Positions 30,123-41,039 of a stretch of DNA of 64,000 bases are shown here, piece by piece (the stretch's first letter is position 1; each line of letters begins with the position of its first letter). The position numbers and the translations under genes are program-made. Source of the DNA: Opitutia bacterium (lineage in GTDB: Bacteria > Verrucomicrobiota > Verrucomicrobiia > Opitutales > Opitutaceae); contig CANJVR010000006.1 in the NCBI GenBank assembly GCA_947478395.1, positions 32,001 to 96,000 of the forward strand. The letters run 5' to 3'. The notes beneath the pieces were generated by a model, which worked only from the letters and a program-made list of their open reading frames with translations, did not search any database and was not told where the DNA came from.

Positions 30123-30199
30123 GGAGGCGGGGTGCCCCCACCCCGCTTGGACGCGAGATCGCCTGCGCCATTTTGCGGAGTAAGGGCGCCCCGCCCACC
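30123..30199. repeat. REP doublet, family D (GGAGGCGGGGTGCCCCCACCCCGC ... GCGGAGTAAGGGCGCCCCGCCCACC)
   Basis: Related copies at about 37164-37229 and 46760-46842. Confidence 0.65.
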
Positions 30200-30238
30200 G
30201 ATAATTTTCGATCTGTCACCGGACACGCCGGTCGGTAG

Positions 30239-31282
30239 CTAGGCGCGCGATTCGTGGACGTGATACGGCGGCGGAGCGGGCTTACGGGGCTTGCGCGTCG
30301 AGGCCGCGGCGCGCTTTTTCTTGTCGGCGGACCGCGTCAGTTTGGCGAGCTGCTTGATCTGCGCCTGAAAATCTACCGGCGGTGCCGCGCGCAGATCGAG
30401 GGTTTTGCCCGTGATCGGATGTACAATGACGATGTGCTCCGCATGCAACATCACCCGTGCCGGCTGCACGGGCAGGCGGCGGTCGGGCTTCCAGCCGTAC
30501 ACTTCGTCACCGAGGATGATATGACCGAGTGATTTCACATGGACGCGAATCTGGTGCGTGCGCCCCGTGTGAATGATGCAGCGAACCAGCGTGGCGATTT
30601 TGCCAAACTGTTTTTCCACCACCCAGTCAGTGTGCGCGTCGCGGGCGTGGCCGCCCTCGTCGTCGTCCTCTTCATTAAACACCATCATTTTGTGACGGTG
30701 CTTTTGGTTTCGACCGATCGACTTCGTGATGCTGCCGCTGAGTAATTCCGGTGCGCCCGAGACGAGCGCGAGATATTCTTTCTGCACCGTGCGATCGGAA
30801 AATTGCTCTGCGAGTCCGCGGTGCGCCCGGTCGTTCTTAGCGACGATGATGATGCCCGACGTTTCGCGATCGAGCCGGTGCACAATGCCCGGACGCTCGA
30901 CACCGCCAATCCCGCTTAGGCTGCCTTTGCAATGCGCCAGCAGCGCGTGCACCAGCGTGTCCTCACCCGTACCCGCGCCGGGATGCACCACCATGCCAGC
31001 GGCCTTGTTGATCGCGAGGAGGTGCTTGTCCTCGTAAATCACATCGAGCGGGATCGCGACCGCTTTCAACTCGGCGGCTTTTACATCGGGAAATGAAAAC
31101 GTGACCGTCATGCCGCCCACCACTTTGTAATCGCGCGCGATCGGCTTGCCCTCGAACAACACCAAGCCGTCGTCGAACGAGCGTTGAAACGCGACGCGGC
31201 TGTGCTCGGGAAACGCCAACGACAAGGCCTTGTCTGCGCGGGAGTGTCGCACATGGGGAGGAATGGTGAAAGTTTGCAGCAT
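30239..31282 (-). CDS. rluD: RluA/RluD-family pseudouridine synthase
   Basis: S4-like N-terminus, INKAAGMVVHP, HRLDRETSG, GRTHQIRVH; the specific rluD assignment is less certain than the family. Confidence 0.85.
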   Translation of the reverse strand: MLQTFTIPPHVRHSRADKALSLAFPEHSRVAFQRSFDDGLVLFEGKPIARDYKVVGGMTVTFSFPDVKAAELKAVAIPLDVIYEDKHLLAINKAAGMVVHPGAGTGEDTLVHALLAHCKGSLSGIGGVERPGIVHRLDRETSGIIIVAKNDRAHRGLAEQFSDRTVQKEYLALVSGAPELLSGSITKSIGRNQKHRHKMMVFNEEDDDEGGHARDAHTDWVVEKQFGKIATLVRCIIHTGRTHQIRVHVKSLGHIILGDEVYGWKPDRRLPVQPARVMLHAEHIVIVHPITGKTLDLRAAPPVDFQAQIKQLAKLTRSADKKKRAAASTRKPRKPAPPPYHVHESRA

Positions 31283-31348
31283 GAAAAAAGAAACCGTCGG
31301 CCGGGCAGATTGCGGCGTGAGAACTGCGCCCGCCCGGAGAGGTCGGAC

Positions 31349-32323
31349 CTAAGCTGTGGCCAGACGGTCGATCTCGGCGAGCCACATCTGTCGGGCCGCC
31401 GCCGGAACATCCGCCACTTCCCAGCCATTGCGCGCGAGCCGGGCGAGTTCGCCGCGGGAGAATCCGCCTTCGGTCGCGAGCGCCAGATAGTCATCGTTCA
31501 CCGTGTTTCCAAACACGAGCGGGTCATCCGTGCTGATCGTGCAACGCACGCCCGCTTGCATCAAGCGACGCAACGGGTGGTCCGCGATCGAGGGCACAAC
31601 CTGAAGCTTGACGTTGCTAATCGGGCAGACGTCGAACGTCGTGCCGGTTTCAACCGCGAGTTCCACGACCGCGGGATCTTCGATGGCCCGAATGCCATGC
31701 TGCACGCGCCGCACGCCGAGTTGTTCGATCGCTTCGCGGACCCGGGCAGGGCCGTCGAATTCGCCCGCGTGGCATTTCGTAATTTTTCCGGCCGCCCGGA
31801 GACGCGCCCAGACCACCGCCGTCCAAGGCTCCGTCGGCACTGGCTCGAAACCGTGGAGATCGACGCCAGCGAGTTCGTCCCAATGGACGAGATCGTCGAT
31901 CACTGCTTGCATCGGACCCATGTAGTCGGTGCGGAGCATCCCGGCGAAAATTCGCACCTCCAAGCCCGGAGGCACCGCGGCGCGAATCGCCGCGATGATT
32001 TCCCTTCCCGGCACACCGATGAACTGCGTCACCGGCAGATGAAAACTCGTTTCGACATACCGCACGTTGTCCACGACGTGCTTCGCAAACATCACCCGCG
32101 CCGACTCGTAGTAGCGCTCCGCCGACGTGAACCAAGGCAGCGCGTGACCGAGCAATATCTCATCGAACTTCGGGAAATTGGGGTAACGGTAATCCGGGGC
32201 GCGAAACGCCGGGGACGGCGGGTATTTTTCGGGCTGCCAAGCGTGCAGCAACTCGTACGGCAAGGCGCCCTCGATGTGGAGGTGGGTCTCGGTTTTGGGC
32301 AGGGATTGGATAAAGGCACGCAT
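31349..32323 (-). CDS. Adenosine/adenine deaminase family protein
   Basis: [26 protein letters not shown]. Confidence 0.9.
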   Translation of the reverse strand: MRAFIQSLPKTETHLHIEGALPYELLHAWQPEKYPPSPAFRAPDYRYPNFPKFDEILLGHALPWFTSAERYYESARVMFAKHVVDNVRYVETSFHLPVTQFIGVPGREIIAAIRAAVPPGLEVRIFAGMLRTDYMGPMQAVIDDLVHWDELAGVDLHGFEPVPTEPWTAVVWARLRAAGKITKCHAGEFDGPARVREAIEQLGVRRVQHGIRAIEDPAVVELAVETGTTFDVCPISNVKLQVVPSIADHPLRRLMQAGVRCTISTDDPLVFGNTVNDDYLALATEGGFSRGELARLARNGWEVADVPAAARQMWLAEIDRLATA

Positions 32324-32571
32324 AGCGGTTTTCAGAGCAATTCGTGCATCACTCTGGCATTGCAGCGAGCAGAAGAAAAATGCGATGCGGCCCCCACCCC
32401 GCGCTCTCGGGCACCGCGTTCGACCAAACGGAGGGCCGAAACCCTCGCCGCGAGGGAACTTGGCTGAGATCGGATCGGCCCCTCATTTGCAGCGGGGCCG
32501 CCGGATTGATGCCCCTGCAGAGGGGTGGCGCGCAGCGACGGGTGTGTAGACCCTCGCGGGGTGACGCCCGC

Positions 32572-33699
32572 TCAGGCGTTCGTGGTCCCGAGCAGATATT
32601 CCGGGTTCAGCTTGTGGAGCGACTTCGGCACGAAATGTCCGTCCTTCCGGATCAGTTTTCCATCGAACCAGACTTCGCCGCCGCCGTACTCGGGCCGCTG
32701 GATGCTCACCATATCCCAGTGCACCTGGGATTTGTTACCATTGCCCACGCCTTCATAGGCCTGGCCCGGCGTAAAGTGAAATGAGCCCGCGATCTTTTCG
32801 TCGAAGAGAATATCGCGCATCGGTTCCAGGATGTGCGGGTTGAAACCGAGGGCGAATTCGCCGATGTAGCGGGCGCCGGGATCGCTATCGAGAATCTCAT
32901 TGAGCCGTTTCGTGTTGTTCGCGGTGGCCTCGACGATTTTGCCGCGCCGGAAAACAAGGCGGATATTGTCGAACGACGCCCCGAGATAAACCGTCGGGGC
33001 GTTATACTGGATAACGCCTTCGACCGAGTCTTTGACCGGACACGAGAAAACTTCGCCGTCGGGAATATTCCGGAGCCCCCCGCACGGCTGAGCCCCAATG
33101 CCTTTGATCGAAAACGTGAGATCGGTGCCGGGGCCTTTGAGGTGCACCCGGTCGGTCTTCGTCATGAGATCGGCCAGCGCCTTCATGCCCGGAGTCAGGC
33201 GCGAGTAGTCGAGGGTGCAGACCTTGAAATAAAAATCCTCGAAAGCCTCGGTGCTCATGCCGGCCTGTTGCGCCATCGCGGGCGTTGGCCAGCGCAGCAC
33301 GACCCACTTGGTTTTGCCGACGCGATGATCCAGCACGGGCTTCATCAGGCGAGAAACCATCTGCACGCGCGCGGATGGCACGTCGGAGCTCTCGAAAATA
33401 TTATCGGATCCCCGCAGCGCGATGTAGGCGTCCATTTTCTGCATACGCCCGAGCTCCACCTCGGCGTGCGGGGCAAACTGGTCATCCTCGGCGCCCAACA
33501 TCAGCTCGCGGGTGATGCGCGCTCGGTGCAGTTGCACGTAGGGATACGCCCCGCGCTCGCGCGTCGCACGCACCAACGCAATCACCATGGCATCAGGCAC
33601 GTCGAACGCGTCGATCAGCACCCGCTCCCCTTTTTCAAGGGCGGTGGAAAATCCGGTAAGGCCGGCGGCCAGCTGGGCGAAGCGGGGATCGATGATCAT
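32572..33699 (-). CDS. M29 (AmpS/aminopeptidase T-type) aminopeptidase
   Basis: [25 protein letters not shown]. Confidence 0.92.
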   Translation of the reverse strand: MIIDPRFAQLAAGLTGFSTALEKGERVLIDAFDVPDAMVIALVRATRERGAYPYVQLHRARITRELMLGAEDDQFAPHAEVELGRMQKMDAYIALRGSDNIFESSDVPSARVQMVSRLMKPVLDHRVGKTKWVVLRWPTPAMAQQAGMSTEAFEDFYFKVCTLDYSRLTPGMKALADLMTKTDRVHLKGPGTDLTFSIKGIGAQPCGGLRNIPDGEVFSCPVKDSVEGVIQYNAPTVYLGASFDNIRLVFRRGKIVEATANNTKRLNEILDSDPGARYIGEFALGFNPHILEPMRDILFDEKIAGSFHFTPGQAYEGVGNGNKSQVHWDMVSIQRPEYGGGEVWFDGKLIRKDGHFVPKSLHKLNPEYLLGTTNA

Positions 33700-33899
33700 T
33701 GGAACGAAAACCTAACCTGACGGAGTGAGCTGGCGGCAAGTGGGAAGTAAGCGCGGCTGCGAAAGTAAATCGCCCGCCACCGGCGCGCAGGCACGTCCCG
33801 CCACCCGCACCAAGGCGCAACGCGTCGGCCCGTTTAGCTCACGCGAGCGAACACGGAGCGATGAATCCAACAACTCAACCAAGGCCCGCCAGCTTCACC

Positions 33900-35840
33900 T
33901 CACGCGGTCGCCGGCGGAGGCTCGACGACCGGGAGTTCAGCGAGGACAGGCTCGGCCGCGGGCGTCGGAGTTTCGACGGCCACGGTCGCAACGGGCGCAG
34001 GATCGACCGCCGGAGGCACCACGATCTGAGCTACCGGCGTGACCCGGGCATCCGGGAAATTTTCCGGATCGTGCTCGGAGGCCTCGACCTCGCGCTTGCG
34101 CGACTCGGCCATTGGCGCCGCGGCGTAAAGCGCGCCATCGATGAATTCCGTGACGTAGCCTTCGCGCACCAGCCAAGCGAGGTCGCCCTGCATGCGCGCG
34201 AGTTTCTCGCGTTGTTCGATGCTGACCACCTGTTCGACGCCGGGAGCGGCATCGGCCGGCGCCGCGATGAGCAGAAGTTTCTTAGCGAGCTCGCTCGCGC
34301 GGATCATGGGGTGCTCCTCGATGAACGAGATCAGGCTGCCAATGCTTTCGGAGAACATCTGGCCCGGCACGCGGAATTTGCGTTTCACCGCGCAGACATA
34401 ACTGACGCCCTTCGAGCCCTTCTTGAAAATCGTGAAATGCTCACGGCGCAGACGGCCGCGGAGAGCATTGGCCGTATCGAGAGGAAACCGGCGCTGCCGC
34501 TCGAGGGCACCTTCAATCGTGCGATAAATTTCACCTTGCGGCAAAATTTCCAGATTCTTGCCGTGCAGACGCGCATTCTCCACCGGGCGCACGAGTTTGT
34601 CCTTCGCGTTCGCCAGAAGATAAACCCGAGCGTCGTCGAAAGAATCGAAGTTCACCGCGGGGGCCGGAGCCGCGACCACGGCTTCCGGAGTAGCGGCCGG
34701 AGCCGGAGTCGAAGCGGAATCATCGGCCGCAGGCGGCGGAGCTTCCGCGGCGGGAGCCGAGACCGGCTCCGCCGTGCTTTCAACCGGCGCCGCGGGCGAT
34801 TTCGCCACCGGGGCTGCCGGATTTTTCCACGTGTACCGCGTGGTCTTCTTCATCTTGTCGAGCCAAGCTTGGATGGCCTCGGGCTCGCGCACCGACTCGA
34901 TGCGGGCGCGGAACGTCTCGAAGGGCATCCGCGCGACTTTCGCCGCGTGGTGCTGCTGCACGAGTTGGTTATAGCGATGATAATTCGGCGGCCCAAGGAG
35001 CTCACCCGTCACGCCGCAACGATTGACGACCTGGAAATTTCCCTTTGGCGGATCGATCTCGACCTCGGCCGTATCGAAGAAATTCCCGAGGTGTTTCGAG
35101 AGGACATGCGCGAGCGCGGCCTCTTCGCTTTCAAACGGCAAACCGTCCGGCACGGAAATAAAGAATGGCCGTTTGTCCGCCTCCTGAATCGTGCCCGGCG
35201 CGCCATCGCCACTGGGCCTGCGGCTCATCACGACGACAAACCGGTCGGGTTTGCCGACAACGGTGCGCGCCACCTCGAACAACTCAATGGTGCGGCACGA
35301 AGCGCGGATGGTCTTTACCAACGTGTTGAAACTCGTGTCCTCCGGATAAAACGTCGCGATGAAATACGGGCTCTCGTAGGGACCACGATCCATCTGCTCG
35401 TTGCGTCCGCCATAGCGCGGCCCGCCGCGATCGCCGCCCGGACCACCGGGACCTTCACGACGAAGACCACCGCCGCCGCGATATTCGCCCGGTCCGTCAC
35501 GGCGTGCCCGTTGATCGCCGGAGAATTCCTGACGTGGGATTCCACCCGCGCCACTACCGGCGCCGGGCTCCGAGGGAGCCGCGCCACCCGTGTTGTCCCC
35601 GCCGGGACCAGGCATGGGTTTGCGAAAGGCACGACGATCGCGACGATCAACGGCGCCACCGGGGCCCGGTCCGTCGCGACGATCTTCGCGACGTGGACGA
35701 TCGTCGCCGGCGCGCCGGTCGGAGGGCGCCGATTTGTCCTGAACCCATTGTGTGCCGAAGCTGAAGCCCTGTAGCTGGCTCAAGTCGATTTTGTTCAAAT
35801 CTACGGGCAGATTTTTCTCCGAGGGAGCAGTGTCGTCCAT
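33900..35840 (-). CDS. Hypothetical protein (646 aa) with R/G/D-rich N-terminal low-complexity region
   Basis: Long ORF with genome-typical codon usage; ATG 35840 inferred. Confidence 0.85.
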   Translation of the reverse strand: MDDTAPSEKNLPVDLNKIDLSQLQGFSFGTQWVQDKSAPSDRRAGDDRPRREDRRDGPGPGGAVDRRDRRAFRKPMPGPGGDNTGGAAPSEPGAGSGAGGIPRQEFSGDQRARRDGPGEYRGGGGLRREGPGGPGGDRGGPRYGGRNEQMDRGPYESPYFIATFYPEDTSFNTLVKTIRASCRTIELFEVARTVVGKPDRFVVVMSRRPSGDGAPGTIQEADKRPFFISVPDGLPFESEEAALAHVLSKHLGNFFDTAEVEIDPPKGNFQVVNRCGVTGELLGPPNYHRYNQLVQQHHAAKVARMPFETFRARIESVREPEAIQAWLDKMKKTTRYTWKNPAAPVAKSPAAPVESTAEPVSAPAAEAPPPAADDSASTPAPAATPEAVVAAPAPAVNFDSFDDARVYLLANAKDKLVRPVENARLHGKNLEILPQGEIYRTIEGALERQRRFPLDTANALRGRLRREHFTIFKKGSKGVSYVCAVKRKFRVPGQMFSESIGSLISFIEEHPMIRASELAKKLLLIAAPADAAPGVEQVVSIEQREKLARMQGDLAWLVREGYVTEFIDGALYAAAPMAESRKREVEASEHDPENFPDARVTPVAQIVVPPAVDPAPVATVAVETPTPAAEPVLAELPVVEPPPATA

Positions 35841-35993
35841 GTAATCAAAAAGCGGATGGTGGTCCGCGGTGGTTGCTAGGTGGGCGAACGCGGTTGCGCT
35901 CGCGACGCAGAGTCCAAGAGCCTCAGGGGAAGAGGCAAGCGGTTTCCGACGGGGCTTGAAAGCCAAGGGCGGGCCATGCCCGCCGGTCTAAAA

Positions 35994-36078
35994 TGGTGCT
36001 CGGGACAGGACTCGAACCTGCACGCCTTACGGCACACGCCCCTCAAACGTGTGTGTCTACCAATTCCACCACCCGAGC
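35994..36078 (-). tRNA. tRNA-Leu(GAG)
   Basis: GCTCGGG acceptor, anticodon loop TTGAGGG, long variable arm, GTTCGAGTC, encoded CCA. Confidence 0.96.
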
Positions 36079-36204
36079 AGAGTAACCAAGAGGAAGGCGG
36101 AATAAGAGAACTCCGCCGCGGCTTGTAAAGCCCCGAAAATCGAATTGGCGAAATTCGCTTTGTCGCTTCCACTGCTCGGCTCGCACTCGCGCCCGCTCAC
36201 GCCC

Positions 36205-37149
36205 ATGTCCCTCAACGCCATCCAAACCGCGCTCCTCGCTTCGTATGAAACCGACGGCGGAATCAATCACCTTGATGGGGTCAACCTGCCGGCTCAGGAA
36301 TCGGTGAATACACTCGCGCGCGATTTCATGATGCTCCTTTTCCCCGGCTATTTCGAGGCGACCGCGCTGGAGAAAAGCTCGGTGCCGGCGTTGGTCAGCC
36401 GCCGATTGGGCGACATTGAACGCCGTCTTTTCGTTGAGGTCGAAAAGTGCCTGCGTTTCGCGCGGCATGCCGACGCTCCCGGTCGCGCACGCGAAATCAC
36501 AGCGCAAACGCTCACTCAATTGCCCGAGTTGCGTCGCATCATCCAGACCGACGTCACCGCCGCCTATCAAGGCGACCCGGCCGCGCGCAGCGTCGAAGAG
36601 ATCATTCTCTCCTACCCGTGTGTGCTCGTGATTTCGCTCCAGCGGGTCGCTCACGTGCTCTACCATCTTGGCGTGCCGCTACTGCCGCGGATGTTAACAG
36701 AGTATGCGCACGAACGCACGGGCACCGATATCCATCCGGGCGCGCGGCTCGGCTCTCATTTCTTCATCGACCACGCTACCGGGGTCGTCATCGGCGAATC
36801 CGCGACCATCGGCAGCCACGTCAAAATTTATCAAGGGGTCACGCTCGGCGCCAAATCCTTTGAAGTCGATAACGACGGCCACCCCATCAAGGGCGTCAAA
36901 CGTCATCCCGACATCGAGGATCACGTTACGATTTATGCGCACGCCACCATTCTCGGCGGCGACACTCGCATCGGCGCCCACTCCATCATCGGCGGAAACG
37001 TCTGGCTGTTAAAATCGGTCCCGCCGCACAGCATCGTGCAACAAAAAGGGGACAACCTCTTGGTCCGACCCCGCCGGGGCGGCACGCCCGCGGATGTCGC
37101 GGAAGCAAAGTCAGAGCCACTGCCCGCGAACGACGACTGGGTGATTTGA
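36205..37149 (+). CDS. cysE: Serine O-acetyltransferase (EpsC-type)
   Basis: GDPAA, DIHPGA, FFIDHATGVVIGE, YQGVTLG, KRHP. Confidence 0.92.
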   Translation: MSLNAIQTALLASYETDGGINHLDGVNLPAQESVNTLARDFMMLLFPGYFEATALEKSSVPALVSRRLGDIERRLFVEVEKCLRFARHADAPGRAREITAQTLTQLPELRRIIQTDVTAAYQGDPAARSVEEIILSYPCVLVISLQRVAHVLYHLGVPLLPRMLTEYAHERTGTDIHPGARLGSHFFIDHATGVVIGESATIGSHVKIYQGVTLGAKSFEVDNDGHPIKGVKRHPDIEDHVTIYAHATILGGDTRIGAHSIIGGNVWLLKSVPPHSIVQQKGDNLLVRPRRGGTPADVAEAKSEPLPANDDWVI

Positions 37150-37264
37150 AATCGGTCCAGGATGGAGGCGCGGCGCCCTCACCCCAATCCTGTGACGAGC
37201 ATTGGCGGGTGACGGCGACCGACCGCCCAAGCCTTTCGATCAAAAATTTCGGCTCGCCGACCCG

Positions 37265-38329
37265 TTAACTCCGCTCCCGCTCCGCCACCCCCCGGGCGAG
37301 TTCCGCGGCAAAAAATGGTCCGCGATAAATCATACCGGTGTAAACCTGCACCAGCGTCGCGCCCGCATCGAGCTTCTCGGCGGCGCCCGCCACGTCCGTG
37401 ATGCCCCCGACCCCGATGATCGGCAATTTTCCCTGCATCGTTCGCGCGATATAGCCCACGATCTCCGTCGAACGCCGCCGCACGGGAGCTCCGCTCAAGC
37501 CGCCGGCTTCGTTTACCTGCGCAAAGGTCCCCGGCCTCGCCAGGGTGGTGTTCGTCGCAATGACACCGTCGAGCCCGAACTCTGCGATCACGGCCAAGAC
37601 CGCGTCAATTTGCGGCCAACTGAGATCCGGCGCGATTTTCAGCAAAAGCGGCACCCGCGATTTACCCCGGTCCGCCCCGCGCGCACGATTGGCCGCGGTG
37701 ATCGCACCCAGCAATTCACGCAACCGAGATTCATCCTGCAGTTGCCGGAGGCCCGGCGTGTTCGGACTCGATACGTTCAGCACCAGATAATCCGCAAAAT
37801 CCGCCAGTCGTGCAAAACTCGCGAGGTAGTCTTCGGTCGCGCGCTCAATGTCGGTGACCTTCGATTTCCCCAGATTAATCCCGAGCGGAATCCGCCTCGC
37901 ACCCCGCGGAGCCTGACGAGCGAGCCGCGTAGCCACTGCCTCGGCGCCCTGATTGTTAAAACCCATTCGATTGATCACCGCTTGGTGCTCGGGATAGCGA
38001 AACATGCGCGGCTGCGGATTACCGTCCTGCGCAAGCGCCGTGACCGTACCAATCTCAACGTGGCCAAAGCCCAACGCCGCCGCGGCTGGCCACGCCCGGG
38101 CGTTCTTGTCGAAACCTGCGGCCAGTCCAACGCGGTTGGGGAATTCCAGGCCGAACGCGCGCACGGGCGAGAACGTCGCCGGTGCCAATCGGGTCCACGC
38201 CTCCAGCACACGACAGAGCGGTGGGAGCGCCCCAAGCAAAGCGAGTGCATCCACCCCGAGTTCATGCGCCCGTTCAGATTCGAGACGGAACAACGCCGGC
38301 CGGAAAAAATTTTCGTAGAGACGGAGCAT
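37265..38329 (-). CDS. pyrD: Quinone-dependent dihydroorotate dehydrogenase
   Basis: GLAAGFDKN, NRMGFNN, NVSSPNTPGLR, KIAPDL, GGLSG. Confidence 0.95.
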   Translation of the reverse strand: MLRLYENFFRPALFRLESERAHELGVDALALLGALPPLCRVLEAWTRLAPATFSPVRAFGLEFPNRVGLAAGFDKNARAWPAAAALGFGHVEIGTVTALAQDGNPQPRMFRYPEHQAVINRMGFNNQGAEAVATRLARQAPRGARRIPLGINLGKSKVTDIERATEDYLASFARLADFADYLVLNVSSPNTPGLRQLQDESRLRELLGAITAANRARGADRGKSRVPLLLKIAPDLSWPQIDAVLAVIAEFGLDGVIATNTTLARPGTFAQVNEAGGLSGAPVRRRSTEIVGYIARTMQGKLPIIGVGGITDVAGAAEKLDAGATLVQVYTGMIYRGPFFAAELARGVAERERS

Positions 38330-38508
38330 TTTTCCCCAGCGTGGAACCCTCCTCATAAAACGCAAGTACCCGGCGCGCCGTTCGCCGCAACCCTATTTTT
38401 CAGAGGGAAAATCGCTTCGCGACCACCTTGCCTCAGCCACACTGTTTTGTGCTTGTTTTTTGAAACACCCCTCGCACGCTGCGCAAAAATTCTCCTTCCC
38501 GCTCTCTC

Positions 38509-39300
38509 ATGGCCAAAGCTACTTCCACTCTCGATTGGTGCATCGTTCGTCTGGGTGACGACCATAACTGGTGGGTCGCCGAAACCAGCGACCCTGTGCG
38601 CTGGGATGTCGACGGCCTCAGCATCGTCGACCCCCGCCAAGTCGCCCACCTTATCGAGCTCGTCGACCCACTCCGCGACTACAGCTTTGATCAAGACATG
38701 CTCGCGTCGGCGTTCATCCCCTTCCGCATCGAGAAGGATCTCGGTGGCGGCAAGGTTCGCCTGAAACGCGTCAAGGAATCGCTGTTCGACTCCGACGAAA
38801 AACTTTTCGCCCTCGCCGATGTGCTCGATGAACAAAACGGGCCGTACGCCGACCTGCTCGACCACCTCACGCGCTGCCGGGTGAAGATGCTCAACGATCT
38901 TTTCAAGTTTGAATCCAAACTCTCCGTCGACGAAGTCGAGGACGAGATTCGCGAAGACCAAAATAGCCACTTCATCGAGGGCAAGGCCGTCCACACATTC
39001 GAAGAGCTCACGGCGATCCTCGACTACATGCCCGCCGGCTACGACGCCGATGAAGAGCAACCCGTCAAAGGGGCCGAGGAAGAAGAGGACGACCTCCCCG
39101 AACTCGACGCAGCCGAAGAGGAGAAACTAAAGAACGACGATTCCCTGAAGTGGGATGAAGATGAGGCCAAGGACGGCGACGACGACGACGACAAGAAAAA
39201 GGACGGCGACGACGATGACGACGACGACGACGAAAAAGACAGCGACGACAAGGACGACGACGACGACAAACCCAAGAAGACCGTTCGTAAGAAACGCTGA
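38509..39300 (+). CDS. Hypothetical acidic protein with poly-Asp tail and basic C-terminus
   Basis: Strong codon bias; GAC-rich tract at about 39170-39270. Confidence 0.85.
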   Translation: MAKATSTLDWCIVRLGDDHNWWVAETSDPVRWDVDGLSIVDPRQVAHLIELVDPLRDYSFDQDMLASAFIPFRIEKDLGGGKVRLKRVKESLFDSDEKLFALADVLDEQNGPYADLLDHLTRCRVKMLNDLFKFESKLSVDEVEDEIREDQNSHFIEGKAVHTFEELTAILDYMPAGYDADEEQPVKGAEEEEDDLPELDAAEEEKLKNDDSLKWDEDEAKDGDDDDDKKKDGDDDDDDDDEKDSDDKDDDDDKPKKTVRKKR

Positions 39301-39469
39301 TCAGTTCTTTTGATTTTATTGCTAGAGGCGTGACCTCCGGGCGCGACCAGTGTCCCTTCCCATGCCTAGCAAACATCGGATCGGAGTTCCCGCCCCACCT
39401 AGTTCTTATCCGCGTGGCGTTTTTTCGGCGCGGTCGCCCACCTACCGCGGACGCATTTTCCCGCGCGCC

Positions 39470-39643
39470 AAGCCGCTCCTGCTCGCGGCCGCGGCGCACC
39501 TGGTGTTGGCCGGCGGGGTCACGGATGCGATCGCCGCGACGAATCCCATCGTCCCCACCGCCTTCAAGGCCGCATAACTAAGTCCGGGCGAGACGGTGAC
39601 GATTTTCCCGCAGGGCATCGCGATCAACGAGCCTACAATCTGA
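39470..39643 (+). pseudogene. Possible remnant of a secreted-protein gene
   Basis: GC3-rich frame LLLAAAAHLVLAGG...AFKAA*LSPGETVTIFPQG...* interrupted by TAA and TGA. Confidence 0.25.
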
Positions 39644-39754
39644 AATCGAAGCTCGCCCAAAAAAGCCCCGTTCAAGACCCGCGCGTCATGCCGGGCGATT
39701 CAATTTAAGTCCCCCACTTCGCTACCCAACTCACCCCAACCCCTCGTCCTTCCG

Positions 39755-40741
39755 ATGAATTCGCCCCATCCTCTCCATCAGTCGCCGGCTTCCCAGCGAT
39801 CAGTTTTCACCGCCGTGATCGCGTCGATCTTGGTCTGGCTCTCGCCGGGATTTGGCGCGCAGGAAGTCAAACCATCGGCCGGACAAAATCCATCGGCCGC
39901 GCCGACCATCGTGTTCATCGGCAACAGTTTCATGTTCGGCGCCGGTTCGCCCGTGCGATTCTTTCGCCCGCACACGGTCACCGACCTCAACGGCGAAGGC
40001 ACCGGCGGCGTCCCCGCCCTCTTCAAAGCCTTCACCCTCCAAGCGGGACGCGACTTCACCGTGAGCCTTGAGACCTCGGGCGGAAAAAATTTCGATTTCC
40101 ATGTCCAAAGCAAAGCCGAGGTCCTCAGCCGTCCGTGGGACTACGCGGTTGCTCAGGGCTACAGCACGCTCGACCAAGCGAAGCCCGGCGATCCGGCGCT
40201 GCTCGTGAGTTCGGCCAAGCAGCTGGCCGAACTGCTACGCAGCAAAAATTCCCGTGTGGATATTCGCCTCATCGCCACATGGTCCCGGGCCGATCAAACT
40301 TATCCGGCCACCGGCCACTGGCACGGTCAGCCCATCGAAAAAATGGCCCTCGACGTTAGAGCCGGGTACAATCTCGCCGCGGCCGGGACTCCCGCCATCC
40401 ACGCCATCATTCCCGCGGGGGAAGCTTGGAATCGCGCCATGAAAACGGGCGTGGCCGACTCCAATCCCTACGACGGCATCGCCGCCGGCCAGATCAACCT
40501 GTGGACCCACGACCACTACCACGCCAGCGCGTATGGCTACTATCTCGAGGCCTTGATGGTTTTCGGCGATCTCACCGGGCTTGATCCCCGCTCACTGGGC
40601 AAGGACGAGAGGGCCGCCTTGGAGCTCGGCTTCTCGACCGCCCAAGCGAGCGCGTTGCAGCAGGTCGCCTTCGATGAACTTACCGCCACCGCTGGCCGCC
40701 CAAGCTTGAAGCCCTTCAAGCCCATTCCGCTGCCGCATTGA
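39755..40741 (+). CDS. Secreted SGNH-like hydrolase
   Basis: Signal peptide; FIGNSF; DHYHAS. Confidence 0.75.
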   Translation: MNSPHPLHQSPASQRSVFTAVIASILVWLSPGFGAQEVKPSAGQNPSAAPTIVFIGNSFMFGAGSPVRFFRPHTVTDLNGEGTGGVPALFKAFTLQAGRDFTVSLETSGGKNFDFHVQSKAEVLSRPWDYAVAQGYSTLDQAKPGDPALLVSSAKQLAELLRSKNSRVDIRLIATWSRADQTYPATGHWHGQPIEKMALDVRAGYNLAAAGTPAIHAIIPAGEAWNRAMKTGVADSNPYDGIAAGQINLWTHDHYHASAYGYYLEALMVFGDLTGLDPRSLGKDERAALELGFSTAQASALQQVAFDELTATAGRPSLKPFKPIPLPH

Positions 40742-40790
40742 GCCGATCGGTCGCGCCGCTTTTCGCACGGCGATCCCGTCCGATCCGTGA

Positions 40791-41039
40791 CTATTCCGCC
40801 GATTTTTCTTTCGGCGGCAGGCGATACGCCACCGCCGCGATCGTGACGCAGATGACGGCGTAAACGAGCGCCCAGAGCGTGAGGGCTTTGAAGTTGAGAT
40901 CACCCTCCGCGACATGGCGTACCCACTTGGTGCCGAGTTGAAGCGCCCGCAAAAAAAAGACGGCACCGAGCAACCCGAAAACGATCACGACCAGCCATTG
41001 CACGGGACTACGAACAGAAATTTTTACCGACGAATTCAT
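40791..41039 (-). CDS. Small membrane protein with two hydrophobic segments
   Basis: Two TM-like stretches in 82 aa. Confidence 0.6.
   Translation of the reverse strand: MNSSVKISVRSPVQWLVVIVFGLLGAVFFLRALQLGTKWVRHVAEGDLNFKALTLWALVYAVICVTIAAVAYRLPPKEKSAE

Noticed and set aside
32512..32546. CCCCTGCAGAGGGGTGGCGCGCAGCGACGGGTGTG, possibly another repeat family
   Set aside because: Only one copy in the window, so it cannot be supported as a repeat from this sequence alone.
33861..35774. 637-aa plus-strand ORF, and other long antisense ORFs such as 53841-55409, 37202-38764 and 6601-8070
   Set aside because: They are shadow frames opposite well-supported genes in GC-rich DNA and carry no recognisable motifs.
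39170..39270. GAC trinucleotide runs as a possible array
   Set aside because: They simply encode the poly-Asp tail; there is no repeat-spacer structure.
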